The notes under the pieces are model-generated. The model was not told the DNA's origin and did no database searches. It saw only the letters and a list, made by a program, of their open reading frames with translations. A program made the translations under genes and the position numbers. DNA of 64,000 nucleotides from positions 40,981 to 104,980 of the IMG/VR virus record IMGVR_UViG_3300029787_000010; one strand, 5' to 3'. Positions 22,222 to 31,279 of the stretch are shown in pieces (within the stretch, counting starts at the first letter, position 1; each line of letters starts with the position of its first letter). The stretch is from a virus.

Positions 22222-22488
22222 TCACTCCAGTGGAGGCACATAGTCATAGCCCAAATAGACTGCGTCGGTTCGTTGTGCTTCTTGCTTTTTTCTCATTGCC
22301 ACTGCCCATGCCAGCAGTTGTCGTGCGTCTTGTGGTCCCAGTTCCCTCACTTCTCTCAGCCCCATGTTGTAATGTGTCATCAGCAAGTATTCGTTTCCTT
22401 CTCTTTGTAAGCGAAGCCAGTCAGTCGTTTGTTTACCCGTTATAAAGTCTACAACGACGCTGACTTCGCCTCCCGAAAACTGAGCCAT
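22222..22488 (-). CDS. Tail assembly chaperone, -1 frameshift extension (gpT-like)
   Basis: Overlaps the end of 22449..22751 in the -1 frame; AGT-TTT-C slip site at 22475-22481; 'YLLMTHYNMGLREVREL' resembles gpT-type segments. Confidence 0.65.
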   Translation of the reverse strand: MAQFSGGEVSVVVDFITGKQTTDWLRLQREGNEYLLMTHYNMGLREVRELGPQDARQLLAWAVAMRKKQEAQRTDAVYLGYDYVPPLE

Positions 22489-22751
22489 TCTACGACTTGG
22501 TCGGGATGAGGCACCAGTTCTCTAAGCGCCATACCTTCTGTGATGGTCAAGTCCTTGAAAGAAATGTTGTCGGGCATATCAAGCCACATATCAAACGCAG
22601 CGAGCCAGTATTGAACAAGGTTGAACTCGGAAGCAGAAAACAATGCTGCGAGAGATTGAACTTCAAAGAAGGTCGGCTCATGCACAGCCACCTCTATAGT
22701 CTCTCCATCAATGTCAATTTTCGTCTGTTTGGTTTTCCTCGTCATACTCAC
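22449..22751 (-). CDS. Tail assembly chaperone (gpG-like)
   Basis: 100 aa, between tail tube and TMP; 'DLTITEGMAL' C-terminal motif; overlapping -1 frame partner. Confidence 0.65.
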   Translation of the reverse strand: MSMTRKTKQTKIDIDGETIEVAVHEPTFFEVQSLAALFSASEFNLVQYWLAAFDMWLDMPDNISFKDLTITEGMALRELVPHPDQVVEWLSFREAKSASL

Positions 22752-22962
22752 TCACTTCGTCGTTTGAGGCAGCCTCTTCCGAGGGGTCCTCTTGAGAGTC
22801 TGTCGCCTGCTCTTGCGAGGGGGCGGTGTGCTCTCCAAATGGGTCATCCGAAGCACGACCTGCTTCGGGATTGAATACTTCGTCTTCAACAACTTCGGCC
22901 TCGTGCTCCGAACGAGGGTGTAGTCGTGAAGGGCGTTTCATGGGCATGGTATCACTCAGCAA
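22714..22962 (-). CDS. Small acidic hypothetical protein (probable start ATG 22947)
   Basis: Fills the gap between tail tube and chaperone; GAGTGAT upstream of ATG 22947; low-complexity D/E-rich. Confidence 0.5.
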   Translation of the reverse strand: MLSDTMPMKRPSRLHPRSEHEAEVVEDEVFNPEAGRASDDPFGEHTAPSQEQATDSQEDPSEEAASNDEVSEYDEENQTDEN

Positions 22963-24980
22963 TGGAAAAGGGTGTCGGTGCTAATGACCTTGACATTTTT
23001 TGGATGAATCATGACACGAGAGTGTAGCAAACCTTTGTCATCGGGAATAGGTATGGGAGCCTGTGTGATGACATAGTCGTCAATGAGGATGCGCATCAGT
23101 TGGGCTGAATTAGCCGTACCTGTACTTGGCTTTGTAAACACCATCTCAATAATTGATGCATCCGAGTTCACTGTGCCACCGACTTCCCGATGAGTGCGGA
23201 GTTCATGGAAAAGCAACGGGTCACGAATGATGATGTCCATTTCCAATTCAAACTCTTCACGACCTTCACGGATGACCGATGCGTTACGAGTGCCGCCGTA
23301 AGGAACTTGCTTGGTTGACCGCTTTGCACTGTCAACAGTTTCGGGCACGGGTGTGCCGCCAATGGTGTGGAAAGTCTCTACGCCGGTCTTGCCACGCAAC
23401 TCAAAGGTAGAGACATAGCCAATGTCTTGGTCAAACGCCGTAATGGTACCGTTGTAAAACATGAACGGCTTCTCCGAGCCGGGAGCAATACCGGATTCTT
23501 TGCGCCCCTTGACATCGGAGGCTGTGTTTTGGAACATGCGGTGCGCAGTGTAACGGTCCCCCGGATTAGAAGCATCAAGACGACCAGTGTCAGTGTAACA
23601 TGACAGTGCGTTGAAAATGCAACGATACTTGACCTCTGCATCAGTCGTCGCCGTCAGTTCCCACTCTACAACCTTACAGCCTCGGAAGATACGCGTCAAT
23701 TGCTTAGAATCGGTGGACGAACCGGGCGTGTTACTGCTTTCACTTGCGGCGTTAAACGACCCTACATCTCGGTTACGGATGCTGTGCTCAATGCAAAATG
23801 AAGGGACTGTTTCTGCTGAAAACAACAAGCGATGAACAGGGTTGTCAATACGGCCGTTTGCATCTACATCCGGGCTACCCGTTGAGGCATCCGATGCGAA
23901 TCGGAAAGCCTGTACGCCGTCCGAAGTCTCATGTTGGTAGTAAATAGGGTCGTCAAGGAACAGTCGCTGGTCGCTCCCAACAGCCTCAATGGCCACTACC
24001 CGACGAATCTCGCTTGAGCGGGCTTGGTCAAAGTGATGGCTGTCACTGGTCAACGCAGATGATGAGTCCGAAGAAGGCCAGTATTGTGAAGCACTACCTT
24101 CCACGGCTTTGTAGTAAACTGTGGGAACAAGTGTGGTGTCGGGGAACAAAACATAGTCGCCAACAGCAAGTGTGTGACCGTTGAAATCAAGACTGTCCAC
24201 ATCAGCGTAGGTTTGACCGGGAGTGATAGGGCCACGCAGTGTCCCTGCTTTGCTATAGCCCGCTCCACCTATCATGGTCGCAGCGTCCACGACTTCACGA
24301 CCGAGACTGTAGTAGAGCCAACGAGGACTGTGTAAGGGCATCTCCACTTGGCCGCCTTGATGGTGAACTTTACCGGGTTGTTGAATAGCAGGTTGGCGAC
24401 CAAGTCCGACGACATGGTGCTTGAGCAATTCCACTGTCGTGTCGGGCAAGACCATGTGCGAGGCCAATCCAATGAACTGGTCAATGGTTGACACCTCTTT
24501 CGCTGAACTTGGATTGTCGTGATGGGCGAAATCGGACGCACTCAAAGTCGGCATACCAAGAGAATGAATGAACAAAGCGTCGCCTGTTCCACTCACTCGG
24601 CTACTGGTGGTGTGCTCAAGAGCCGGAACCAGTTTGATTTTCGTGGCATTGCTCTCCACCGTGTGGTCTACGATTCGGTAGTTGCGACTGTTGAACCCGT
24701 CATTGTAAAAATCCGAAAATAAATTGTTGGACGCACCTGCTTTGTGAAAAGTCAACTGCTGACCAATGAGCATACCGAGGGGCACTTTGAGAATCGGATT
24801 GCTTTCAAAAATGGTGTTAGCACCACCCGAGCCGACAAAGGTCAACACGGTGCAGTCCGGTGAACTGGTCGTCCATGTCGTTATCCAAGTACATGGCTCG
24901 CCGTGTTGGATGTAGATACCTGTCTCGTGACCCATGAGAACTTCCGAGACATCACCCTTGTACGCTTGGCTCGCCGACAC
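22956..24980 (-). CDS. Major tail tube protein (non-contractile type) with inserted domains
   Basis: 'YKGDVSEVLMGHET', 'VPSFCIEH', 'RIFRGCKVVEWEL', 'KPFMFYNGTI' and 'EGREEFELEMDI' are tube-like; follows the terminator; no sheath gene in the module. Confidence 0.7.
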   Translation of the reverse strand: MSASQAYKGDVSEVLMGHETGIYIQHGEPCTWITTWTTSSPDCTVLTFVGSGGANTIFESNPILKVPLGMLIGQQLTFHKAGASNNLFSDFYNDGFNSRNYRIVDHTVESNATKIKLVPALEHTTSSRVSGTGDALFIHSLGMPTLSASDFAHHDNPSSAKEVSTIDQFIGLASHMVLPDTTVELLKHHVVGLGRQPAIQQPGKVHHQGGQVEMPLHSPRWLYYSLGREVVDAATMIGGAGYSKAGTLRGPITPGQTYADVDSLDFNGHTLAVGDYVLFPDTTLVPTVYYKAVEGSASQYWPSSDSSSALTSDSHHFDQARSSEIRRVVAIEAVGSDQRLFLDDPIYYQHETSDGVQAFRFASDASTGSPDVDANGRIDNPVHRLLFSAETVPSFCIEHSIRNRDVGSFNAASESSNTPGSSTDSKQLTRIFRGCKVVEWELTATTDAEVKYRCIFNALSCYTDTGRLDASNPGDRYTAHRMFQNTASDVKGRKESGIAPGSEKPFMFYNGTITAFDQDIGYVSTFELRGKTGVETFHTIGGTPVPETVDSAKRSTKQVPYGGTRNASVIREGREEFELEMDIIIRDPLLFHELRTHREVGGTVNSDASIIEMVFTKPSTGTANSAQLMRILIDDYVITQAPIPIPDDKGLLHSRVMIHPKNVKVISTDTLFHC

Positions 24981-24983
24981 TCA

Positions 24984-25424
24984 TCACACCCCCACTGGGT
25001 CTGCTAACACGACCACCTCTACTTGAAAGGTGTGGCGAAACAACCGCTTGGTCCTGTCACTCAAATCAGTCCTTGTCTTGAATATCATGCGGTCGTAATT
25101 GACACCGTCGCCTTTGCGGTCAACATGAATCAATCTACGAATCTCATTCTCCAGCGCCTGTAAATGCGAATGACTCTTAGCGGTGCGTACATCAACGGTG
25201 ATGTTGATGCGAGTCATAACAAAGTTGTAGAGCAAATCGGGCACATCCTCGTTGTGGGCTGTTTCGTACGCAAACACAAAGTCCGAACGCTGGAGGTCTT
25301 GACGCTTGCCACGCTCCGGCTTAACCGAAGCAATGTGCTCAATCACTGGCTTGATGTTATTGGTCTTTGCCCGGTTCCACTTTCGTAGCGTTTCAAGCAC
25401 AAGGTCAACGGCCTCTTTTACCAT
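24984..25424 (-). CDS. Tail terminator/head-tail joining protein
   Basis: 146 aa, alpha/beta pattern ('ITVDVRT...LENEIRRLI...RHTFQVEV'), immediately upstream of the tail tube. Confidence 0.6.
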   Translation of the reverse strand: MVKEAVDLVLETLRKWNRAKTNNIKPVIEHIASVKPERGKRQDLQRSDFVFAYETAHNEDVPDLLYNFVMTRINITVDVRTAKSHSHLQALENEIRRLIHVDRKGDGVNYDRMIFKTRTDLSDRTKRLFRHTFQVEVVVLADPVGV

Positions 25425-25433
25425 GTGCCCACC

Positions 25434-27074
25434 TCACTCAAACACAACGACCTCAATGTAGCGGCGGAGGATAGCCTCGGATTCTTGCTTCCACATCGTG
25501 GCCTTCTGTGCCAGCGGGATGTTTTCACTTCCTTCGGGGATGAGGACTGAGCGGTCATCTGCCATGAGCAAGTCTACGGCGACCATCTTTGTCGCTGCTT
25601 CTTCAATGGCCTGCTCCACATAACGCTCACCGTAGATGTAGGACACCTTGATAGCGTTGAACTCAAAGAACGGGTAGGAGTTGTTGAAGTAAATGATACC
25701 CATCTCGGAATCAAGCCACCAGTCTTTGAGTCGGGCTTGGTCACCGCCAGCGTCGGAAAAGGCACCAATGTCCGATTGGAAAGCCTTCTGTGCAATTGTG
25801 TAATCAACACCAGTAGCCGGTTCCGCATTCATCCATTTCACACCAGTAAACGATGACGCTGTCTTACCAGTGTAGCCAAACACAACGGTTGTGCGCCCGT
25901 CGGCAGAAGCCGTGGCCACGCCGTAATCTGCAAATGCGCTCGTATCAACGCCGCTACCGGCGAGCCACACTCCCGAACCGTTGTACTGAAATGGGTTGCC
26001 GCTCCGGTCATCCGTATCTGAGAGCACCATGGCAGTGCTGTCAGTGACGGCAATTGTCGCTGACTCACCTCCCTTTGTTTGGCGCATGCTCGTGATTTTG
26101 AGTTTGCCATTACCGTAGTCGGAATTAGCAGAAGCGAAGAACTCATTGTCCACATTGACAGCCGTGTTGGTTGAACCAAGCGGGAGTGTGAATGCGACAC
26201 CGTCGTGTTTGTGCTGCTGTCCACTCACCACATCTTCTGTGAAAGGGACAGCCGATTTGTTGACGCGGTCTTCTTTGTTGATAAGGTCAGCAAGACTTTG
26301 TGCCGTAGAGACTTTATCAAAACGACTGTCCCACTCGGTGCTACCCGTACCCACCTTGAGTTGAGCGAAGCCTCCACCACCCGGCGATAATGCGATGAGG
26401 TCGCTTTCCAAAGCAGTGTAATCAGCGATTTCAAGACGAGCCTCAGCCGAACCAATCTCACGGTAGTTTTCGCCTTGCCACATCTCAAGGCGTAGAATCT
26501 GCTGAATGTTGCGGAAGAGAAGTGGAGTCGTACCGACATAGTCCGTAAAGTATCGGCGACGGTAAGGCTTGTAGGTGTCAAAGTTGAGATATTCGGCCGA
26601 CACGAGGTAAGGTCGCCAAGCGTTATGCGTTACATTGTCAATGCGGTCTTGCACCTCTTTGATGCGCTGCTCCACATGGCTGCGCTTCATACCACGAATT
26701 TTACCGTTTGTAAATGAGGCTTGATTCTGCACATAACCGTTGTCCGTCGTTTCATACAAACCGGGATTGATGGATGAAGAAAACGCCAGTTTAACACCGC
26801 TTGCCGTTGAGGTTATCGCTGTGATTTCCCGCTCCAAGCCCATCGGGTCAGCGTCGCTGTAAATGAGAATCGTATCGCCAACCGAGAAGCCGGTTTCCCT
26901 GTAATCTGTACCAGTCACAAATACTGCCGTAGCCTCGGCATTGGCTGCCATCAAAACGGCTTCTTGCGGACCGATACCAAGGAGGTCAGCAACTTTCTGC
27001 GCAGTGGTGTAAACAATCTCGGTAGGACGAAGTGGCCGTGTTTCGGGCTCACCGGGACTGAACACTACGGGCAC
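25434..27074 (-). CDS. Head-tail adaptor (gp15/gp6-like) with large insertions
   Basis: 'YTTAQKVADLL', 'IKEVQDRIDNVT' and C-terminal 'KVSYIYG...IEEAATKMVAVDLL' are adaptor hallmarks. Confidence 0.7.
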   Translation of the reverse strand: MPVVFSPGEPETRPLRPTEIVYTTAQKVADLLGIGPQEAVLMAANAEATAVFVTGTDYRETGFSVGDTILIYSDADPMGLEREITAITSTASGVKLAFSSSINPGLYETTDNGYVQNQASFTNGKIRGMKRSHVEQRIKEVQDRIDNVTHNAWRPYLVSAEYLNFDTYKPYRRRYFTDYVGTTPLLFRNIQQILRLEMWQGENYREIGSAEARLEIADYTALESDLIALSPGGGGFAQLKVGTGSTEWDSRFDKVSTAQSLADLINKEDRVNKSAVPFTEDVVSGQQHKHDGVAFTLPLGSTNTAVNVDNEFFASANSDYGNGKLKITSMRQTKGGESATIAVTDSTAMVLSDTDDRSGNPFQYNGSGVWLAGSGVDTSAFADYGVATASADGRTTVVFGYTGKTASSFTGVKWMNAEPATGVDYTIAQKAFQSDIGAFSDAGGDQARLKDWWLDSEMGIIYFNNSYPFFEFNAIKVSYIYGERYVEQAIEEAATKMVAVDLLMADDRSVLIPEGSENIPLAQKATMWKQESEAILRRYIEVVVFE

Positions 27075-27087
27075 TCATATTCCTCCC

Positions 27088-29658
27088 TCAAGCATCTTCC
27101 GGCGGGATGTCGTCTTCAGGGTAAAGAGGTCTACCCGTAGCCTGTTCATATTGAGCGGCAAACTTTTCTGCGTCTCGGTCCATTTCAGCCATTCCTTCCC
27201 TTTTCCTTTGCTCTCGGCGTTGGATGGTGCGGGGGTTATTTTCATACGCTTCATTTTGAAGTTGCAGTATAGCCGCTCTTTTTCTTTCTTTTTCGGCTGG
27301 ACTGTCGTATTGGTTAGCCCGAAGTTCATCGGGAATAGGCGTAGGACCTTTCAAAATGCGTCGTGTCATGTCGTCTTGAATACCCTTGAGCAACTGCTCG
27401 CCAACGGACATCCACTGTCCAGTTTGGACTTCGTCATCATCGTCAAGTGCGCCGACACCTGCTTGAAGTCGCTGCAAGAAGTTCATGTTGGAAGGTGGCG
27501 CAGCCGTATCAGCCGTCGCTGCGGGTGCTGGTGCGTCGCCGCCGCCCATCAGCATCTCCTCAAGTTGTTCCTGTGAGAGTTGTGAGAAGTCCGGTTCGCC
27601 ACGAATAGATTGGCCGGATTCTCGCATACCTTTTGCTCGTCGGCGTCGGCCACGGATTTCGTCTTGGCTTTCGGGGACGGTGCGGTCAAGTCGGCTGTCC
27701 GACTGTTCGCCGCCCATACCGGGGATTTGAACAGGTTGCCCTCGCCGTGTGTTTTGTACATCCGAGCCTGCCGTTGGTATGTTTTGACCTGTTCGGAAAG
27801 CATACTCAGTTCGCTTTGCTTCCGGAGAAAGTTCATCCATGCTCGGCCGTTGTCGCTCTTCGGTCGGTCGGCCACCCATTTGCACAAAGTTCGCACCAAT
27901 CTCGTCTTCCTTCGCATCAATTGCGCTTTGAATACGAGCCATTTGCTCACGGTAGTCAGCGGGCTTTTCTCGCTCGGGGAGCATGTCCAACTGACGGAGT
28001 TGAAGTTTGAGGCGACTGACCTCCGCTTCAAGTGGACCTGTTTCCATCATGGCGCCTTGCTCCATCGCACGGCGACTTGCGTCCATTTGTTCAAACGCTC
28101 GGTCGCCGTAGATTTGGTCCATCTCGCTCAAGAACTCGCCGCCCTCGCCTCGGAGATTTACCTGTTGAAGAGCATTTGACATGGCTTCGCCAGCCATTTG
28201 ATTCATCATTGCCTCATCCATTTCGCCTGCAAGAGCCTGTTGAATGTCAACCCGAGTGCGAGCAAGCGGGTTTCGGGCAATTTCTGCTTCTGCCATCTGT
28301 CGTCGCATATCGGACACTTGGACGGCTTGATTGCTGAGGCTTTGCATAACAGCGGACTTAAACTTGTCAAGCATTTCGGGACTGGCTTGTCCTTGACGGA
28401 CCAAATTCTCAAACTCTCTTTGAATCTGCAAGTCCATACGCTGCTGAGCCGTGACCATGGGGTCCCGCTCTTGAGGCGCGGGACGCACTTCGGGAGCGTC
28501 AATGGAAATTTCCTTACCTCGTCCAACGAGTTCGGGAGCGATGCCAGCCGTAGTCGTCGTGATAGGCGTAGCCTGCTGCATAGCGTCTTGCATGACATTG
28601 TCCATCATGCCCTGCACTTCGCCGAAACTACCGGGGTTGGCAGCCGCTACCAAATCACGCTGAGCCTCGGGCGTCATGCGAAGCCCTTGCTCTTGTAGCA
28701 TCCTATCCAGTTGTTGGAACATCACTGCACCGGGCTGGCTGAGTCGCATGGTTCGTGCGAGGTCGCCAACAGAATCCATGTCGCCCAAGTCGGCTCGTGT
28801 AGAGCCGAGTGCGCCCATGCTGTCGTCGTCAACGGAGAGTTCAAGACCTTGTGTAGTCAAAAACTCTTGAAACTTTGCAGGGTCATCTCGGATAGTGCCC
28901 AAAGCCTGTGCAATAAGCATCTGTCGCATCTCATCGCTACCACCCCCGCTTCGTCCGAGTGACATGACCGTACTGGGGTCGGCTCCGAACATTGCTTGGA
29001 ATCGCTCGGGCTCGGAACTGAGGAATCGGTTAAGGAGTTTTGGAACAGGAATCTCGTCTCGTGGACCTTGCTTACTCCGGAAATAAGGATGAACTCCACT
29101 GGGGTCAAACACTTGACCGATGTTACCAAGTCCAGCACCTTCGTCGCCACCTTGGATGTTTTCGGAGATGAATCCTTTTTCTCGTCGCCCGCCCGTCTTG
29201 GCGTCTTCTTGACCTTGCATGATGGTCCGACGAGCATCAAGGCCCGCTCGGAAACTGGCACCGATGTCGCGCTTCTCACGCTCGTCTTCGTCAGTCTCCT
29301 CAAAGGCTTCTCGTCGTGCAGCAGGGCGAGCAGGGCCCAATTCTTCACGACGGCGCTCAAAAAGTTCTCGTGCTTCACGAGCCATTCTTTGTGCTGCACC
29401 ACTGCGTTTCTCGCTACCGGGAGTGATGCGCGTGCGTTCCATTTCAGCACGCCGCTCGGCTTGTTCTTCGGCTTCCTTCCTACTACGCTCTGCGGCACTT
29501 TCGCCAGTAGTCAATGGCATCAGTTCGCCAGTCCGTGGGTTCCGATAAGCCTTCATTCCATTCGGCAATGTGACAAAGTTTTCCTTTTCGGGGTCGCCCT
29601 TGGGCTTCCTATCGCCTTCTGCTTTCCGAACAAGAACTCGTCCCATATCACTCACCAT
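27088..29658 (-). CDS. Large charged Q/M/R/E-rich protein, putative internal head (core/ejection) protein
   Basis: 856 aa, helical/disordered; N-terminal VLVRK|A and C-terminal 'TGQWMSVGEQLLK|G' motifs shared with the tagged family. Confidence 0.6.
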   Translation of the reverse strand: MVSDMGRVLVRKAEGDRKPKGDPEKENFVTLPNGMKAYRNPRTGELMPLTTGESAAERSRKEAEEQAERRAEMERTRITPGSEKRSGAAQRMAREARELFERRREELGPARPAARREAFEETDEDEREKRDIGASFRAGLDARRTIMQGQEDAKTGGRREKGFISENIQGGDEGAGLGNIGQVFDPSGVHPYFRSKQGPRDEIPVPKLLNRFLSSEPERFQAMFGADPSTVMSLGRSGGGSDEMRQMLIAQALGTIRDDPAKFQEFLTTQGLELSVDDDSMGALGSTRADLGDMDSVGDLARTMRLSQPGAVMFQQLDRMLQEQGLRMTPEAQRDLVAAANPGSFGEVQGMMDNVMQDAMQQATPITTTTAGIAPELVGRGKEISIDAPEVRPAPQERDPMVTAQQRMDLQIQREFENLVRQGQASPEMLDKFKSAVMQSLSNQAVQVSDMRRQMAEAEIARNPLARTRVDIQQALAGEMDEAMMNQMAGEAMSNALQQVNLRGEGGEFLSEMDQIYGDRAFEQMDASRRAMEQGAMMETGPLEAEVSRLKLQLRQLDMLPEREKPADYREQMARIQSAIDAKEDEIGANFVQMGGRPTEERQRPSMDELSPEAKRTEYAFRTGQNIPTAGSDVQNTRRGQPVQIPGMGGEQSDSRLDRTVPESQDEIRGRRRRAKGMRESGQSIRGEPDFSQLSQEQLEEMLMGGGDAPAPAATADTAAPPSNMNFLQRLQAGVGALDDDDEVQTGQWMSVGEQLLKGIQDDMTRRILKGPTPIPDELRANQYDSPAEKERKRAAILQLQNEAYENNPRTIQRREQRKREGMAEMDRDAEKFAAQYEQATGRPLYPEDDIPPEDA

Positions 29659-29938
29659 GTTTCCCTAAGTTATAATCCATTTGCTTGCCACAAGTTCTGC
29701 ACTTGTCAACCCAGCAGAAGTAAAGCATACCACAGTCCGTACAGCGAGTGCCTGCACCGATGTTCAAAACATCGCCAGTCTTGCGTGTACGGATGCGTTG
29801 CTTGGAAGTGATGCCATCAAGAGGTCGCTCCGTGTTGTGAACCGAGCCAACGCCAAAGCGTTCAGCAAAGCGGATGCCTCGCTTCTCAAGGCGCTCTACT
29901 TCGTCAAGTCCAATCGTCGCTTCATCCATCATAACCAC
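29648..29938 (-). CDS. Small zinc-ribbon protein
   Basis: CTDC-x10-CRTC motif; tightly packed in the operon. Confidence 0.7.
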   Translation of the reverse strand: MVMMDEATIGLDEVERLEKRGIRFAERFGVGSVHNTERPLDGITSKQRIRTRKTGDVLNIGAGTRCTDCGMLYFCWVDKCRTCGKQMDYNLGKHGE

Positions 29939-29939
29939 C

Positions 29940-30113
29940 TCAACTGGTAGTCACGAAGATAAACACATTCCCAAGAATCACATGCGGGTCTGCTGACACG
30001 CAAGTGTTGGAGCCAATTGCCGTACTGATTTCAGTCGCAATCGCCGTTTTCTTCGTTGAGTCTTGAAAATCTCTCGGAGCAAACGGACCAAGGATGGTGA
30101 CGCTCTTTGCCAT
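29940..30113 (-). CDS. Small hypothetical virion protein (57 aa, not in ORF track)
   Basis: Manual translation MAKSVTILGPFAPRDFQDSTKKTAIATEISTAIGSNTCVSADPHVILGNVFIFVTTS; GAGGTGG upstream; fills the gap exactly. Confidence 0.7.
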   Translation of the reverse strand: MAKSVTILGPFAPRDFQDSTKKTAIATEISTAIGSNTCVSADPHVILGNVFIFVTTS

Positions 30114-30123
30114 CTAAGCCACC

Positions 30124-30432
30124 TCATCGGCGACCAATAGCAAGGAAAGTTCCAGCGACAGTGTTTCCGCCAACTACAGCAGGGACGATTGTAATCGTCG
30201 TGCCACTCACAGTACCAGTGTCTTGAAGGTTAAGGTTGGCGGGTGTACCGCCATCATCCGCAACAGTAGAGTCAACCACTTGAGGTGTGTTTGCGGACGG
30301 ATTCAAAATAAGCCCATCAATGCTGGTCATAATGCTGCTCAAGTCAATGCTTGTGTCAGTCGCTTCGTAAGAGCCGGTCGCTACGATTCGGTCGCCAAAG
30401 TAGGTTGGTCGGGGGTCAATTGTTACTGCCAT
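30124..30432 (-). CDS. Putative capsid decoration/cement protein (102 aa)
   Basis: Beta-rich and T/G-rich; strong CAGGAGATGA initiation region like that of the MCP. Confidence 0.6.
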   Translation of the reverse strand: MAVTIDPRPTYFGDRIVATGSYEATDTSIDLSSIMTSIDGLILNPSANTPQVVDSTVADDGGTPANLNLQDTGTVSGTTITIVPAVVGGNTVAGTFLAIGRR

Positions 30433-30434
30433 GT

Positions 30435-30833
30435 TTATTCATCTCCTGTTGGGGTTTCTGCCTTTGCTTCTTCAAGAACTTCGGCTGTTGGTTCGGCTAC
30501 GGGTTCCGGGTTTAAGAAAGCATTGACAGATTTGAGGAGAGTGGCTTTGGTGGCGTAGCCGCCGACCGCAAGTCCCTTCTCTTTCATCCATGCGCCAATG
30601 TCCTTCTTGGTCCAGCCAGCATCGGGGATGCCGTCGTCGCCTTCGTCAACTGTGATGCCGTCGCCTTCAATCCGCCACCACTTCTTGTTCAAGCGGTTTC
30701 GGTTGGCGTCAAGGTATTCTTGAGGCACTTCCATGGGAACCCCACGGACTGCCATGATTCGCTTCATGCCGGGGACTCGCCTTTCAAAGTAAGGCCCAAG
30801 TGCCGTAATCGTGGGCAAGGTTATCCACCTCAC
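30435..30833 (-). CDS. Hypothetical head-associated protein with HeH/LEM-like C-terminal motif
   Basis: 'WTKKDIGAWMKEKGL...ATKATLL' resembles the small helical modules common after MCP genes. Confidence 0.55.
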   Translation of the reverse strand: MRWITLPTITALGPYFERRVPGMKRIMAVRGVPMEVPQEYLDANRNRLNKKWWRIEGDGITVDEGDDGIPDAGWTKKDIGAWMKEKGLAVGGYATKATLLKSVNAFLNPEPVAEPTAEVLEEAKAETPTGDE

Positions 30834-31246
30834 GACACGATTGCCATGAACAGCGTTCGGTTGTCAAGTGTTCCTTCTGCAAGCATGGTTGCCGTTGCAC
30901 TTCCAACACCACTGAAATCAGTGGTGCAGGTAAGGGACTTTCCAGCCACGCCGGAGCCTCCGACCACCATTCCGTGGATTTTGTCAGCGTCTCCACCAAT
31001 GGTGAAGACATTGGCGTTTTGCACAAGGGTAAACACACCCATAACGAGTTTGAGTCCACGGCCAGCCGTGTTGCTCGTATCGTTGTTGGTGGCTTTAAAC
31101 CCGTCAAGGGAACCGGGATAGGTACCGCCAGCGGCACCCTTCAACCAGTCCGTGCCGTCAACGAGGGCACCTGCATAAAGGTCAATTTCAAAGTCTACGG
31201 CCATAACGCCGCCTGCGCCAGTTGTTCGTGTAAATGTCACTGCCAT
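30830..31246 (-). CDS. Putative capsid decoration protein (138 aa)
   Basis: Directly after the MCP with an identical 25-nt translation-initiation region; Gly/Thr-rich beta protein. Confidence 0.65.
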   Translation of the reverse strand: MAVTFTRTTGAGGVMAVDFEIDLYAGALVDGTDWLKGAAGGTYPGSLDGFKATNNDTSNTAGRGLKLVMGVFTLVQNANVFTIGGDADKIHGMVVGGSGVAGKSLTCTTDFSGVGSATATMLAEGTLDNRTLFMAIVS

Positions 31247-31279
31247 TTTTCATCATCTCCTGTTTTTTTTTGTTCTCCA

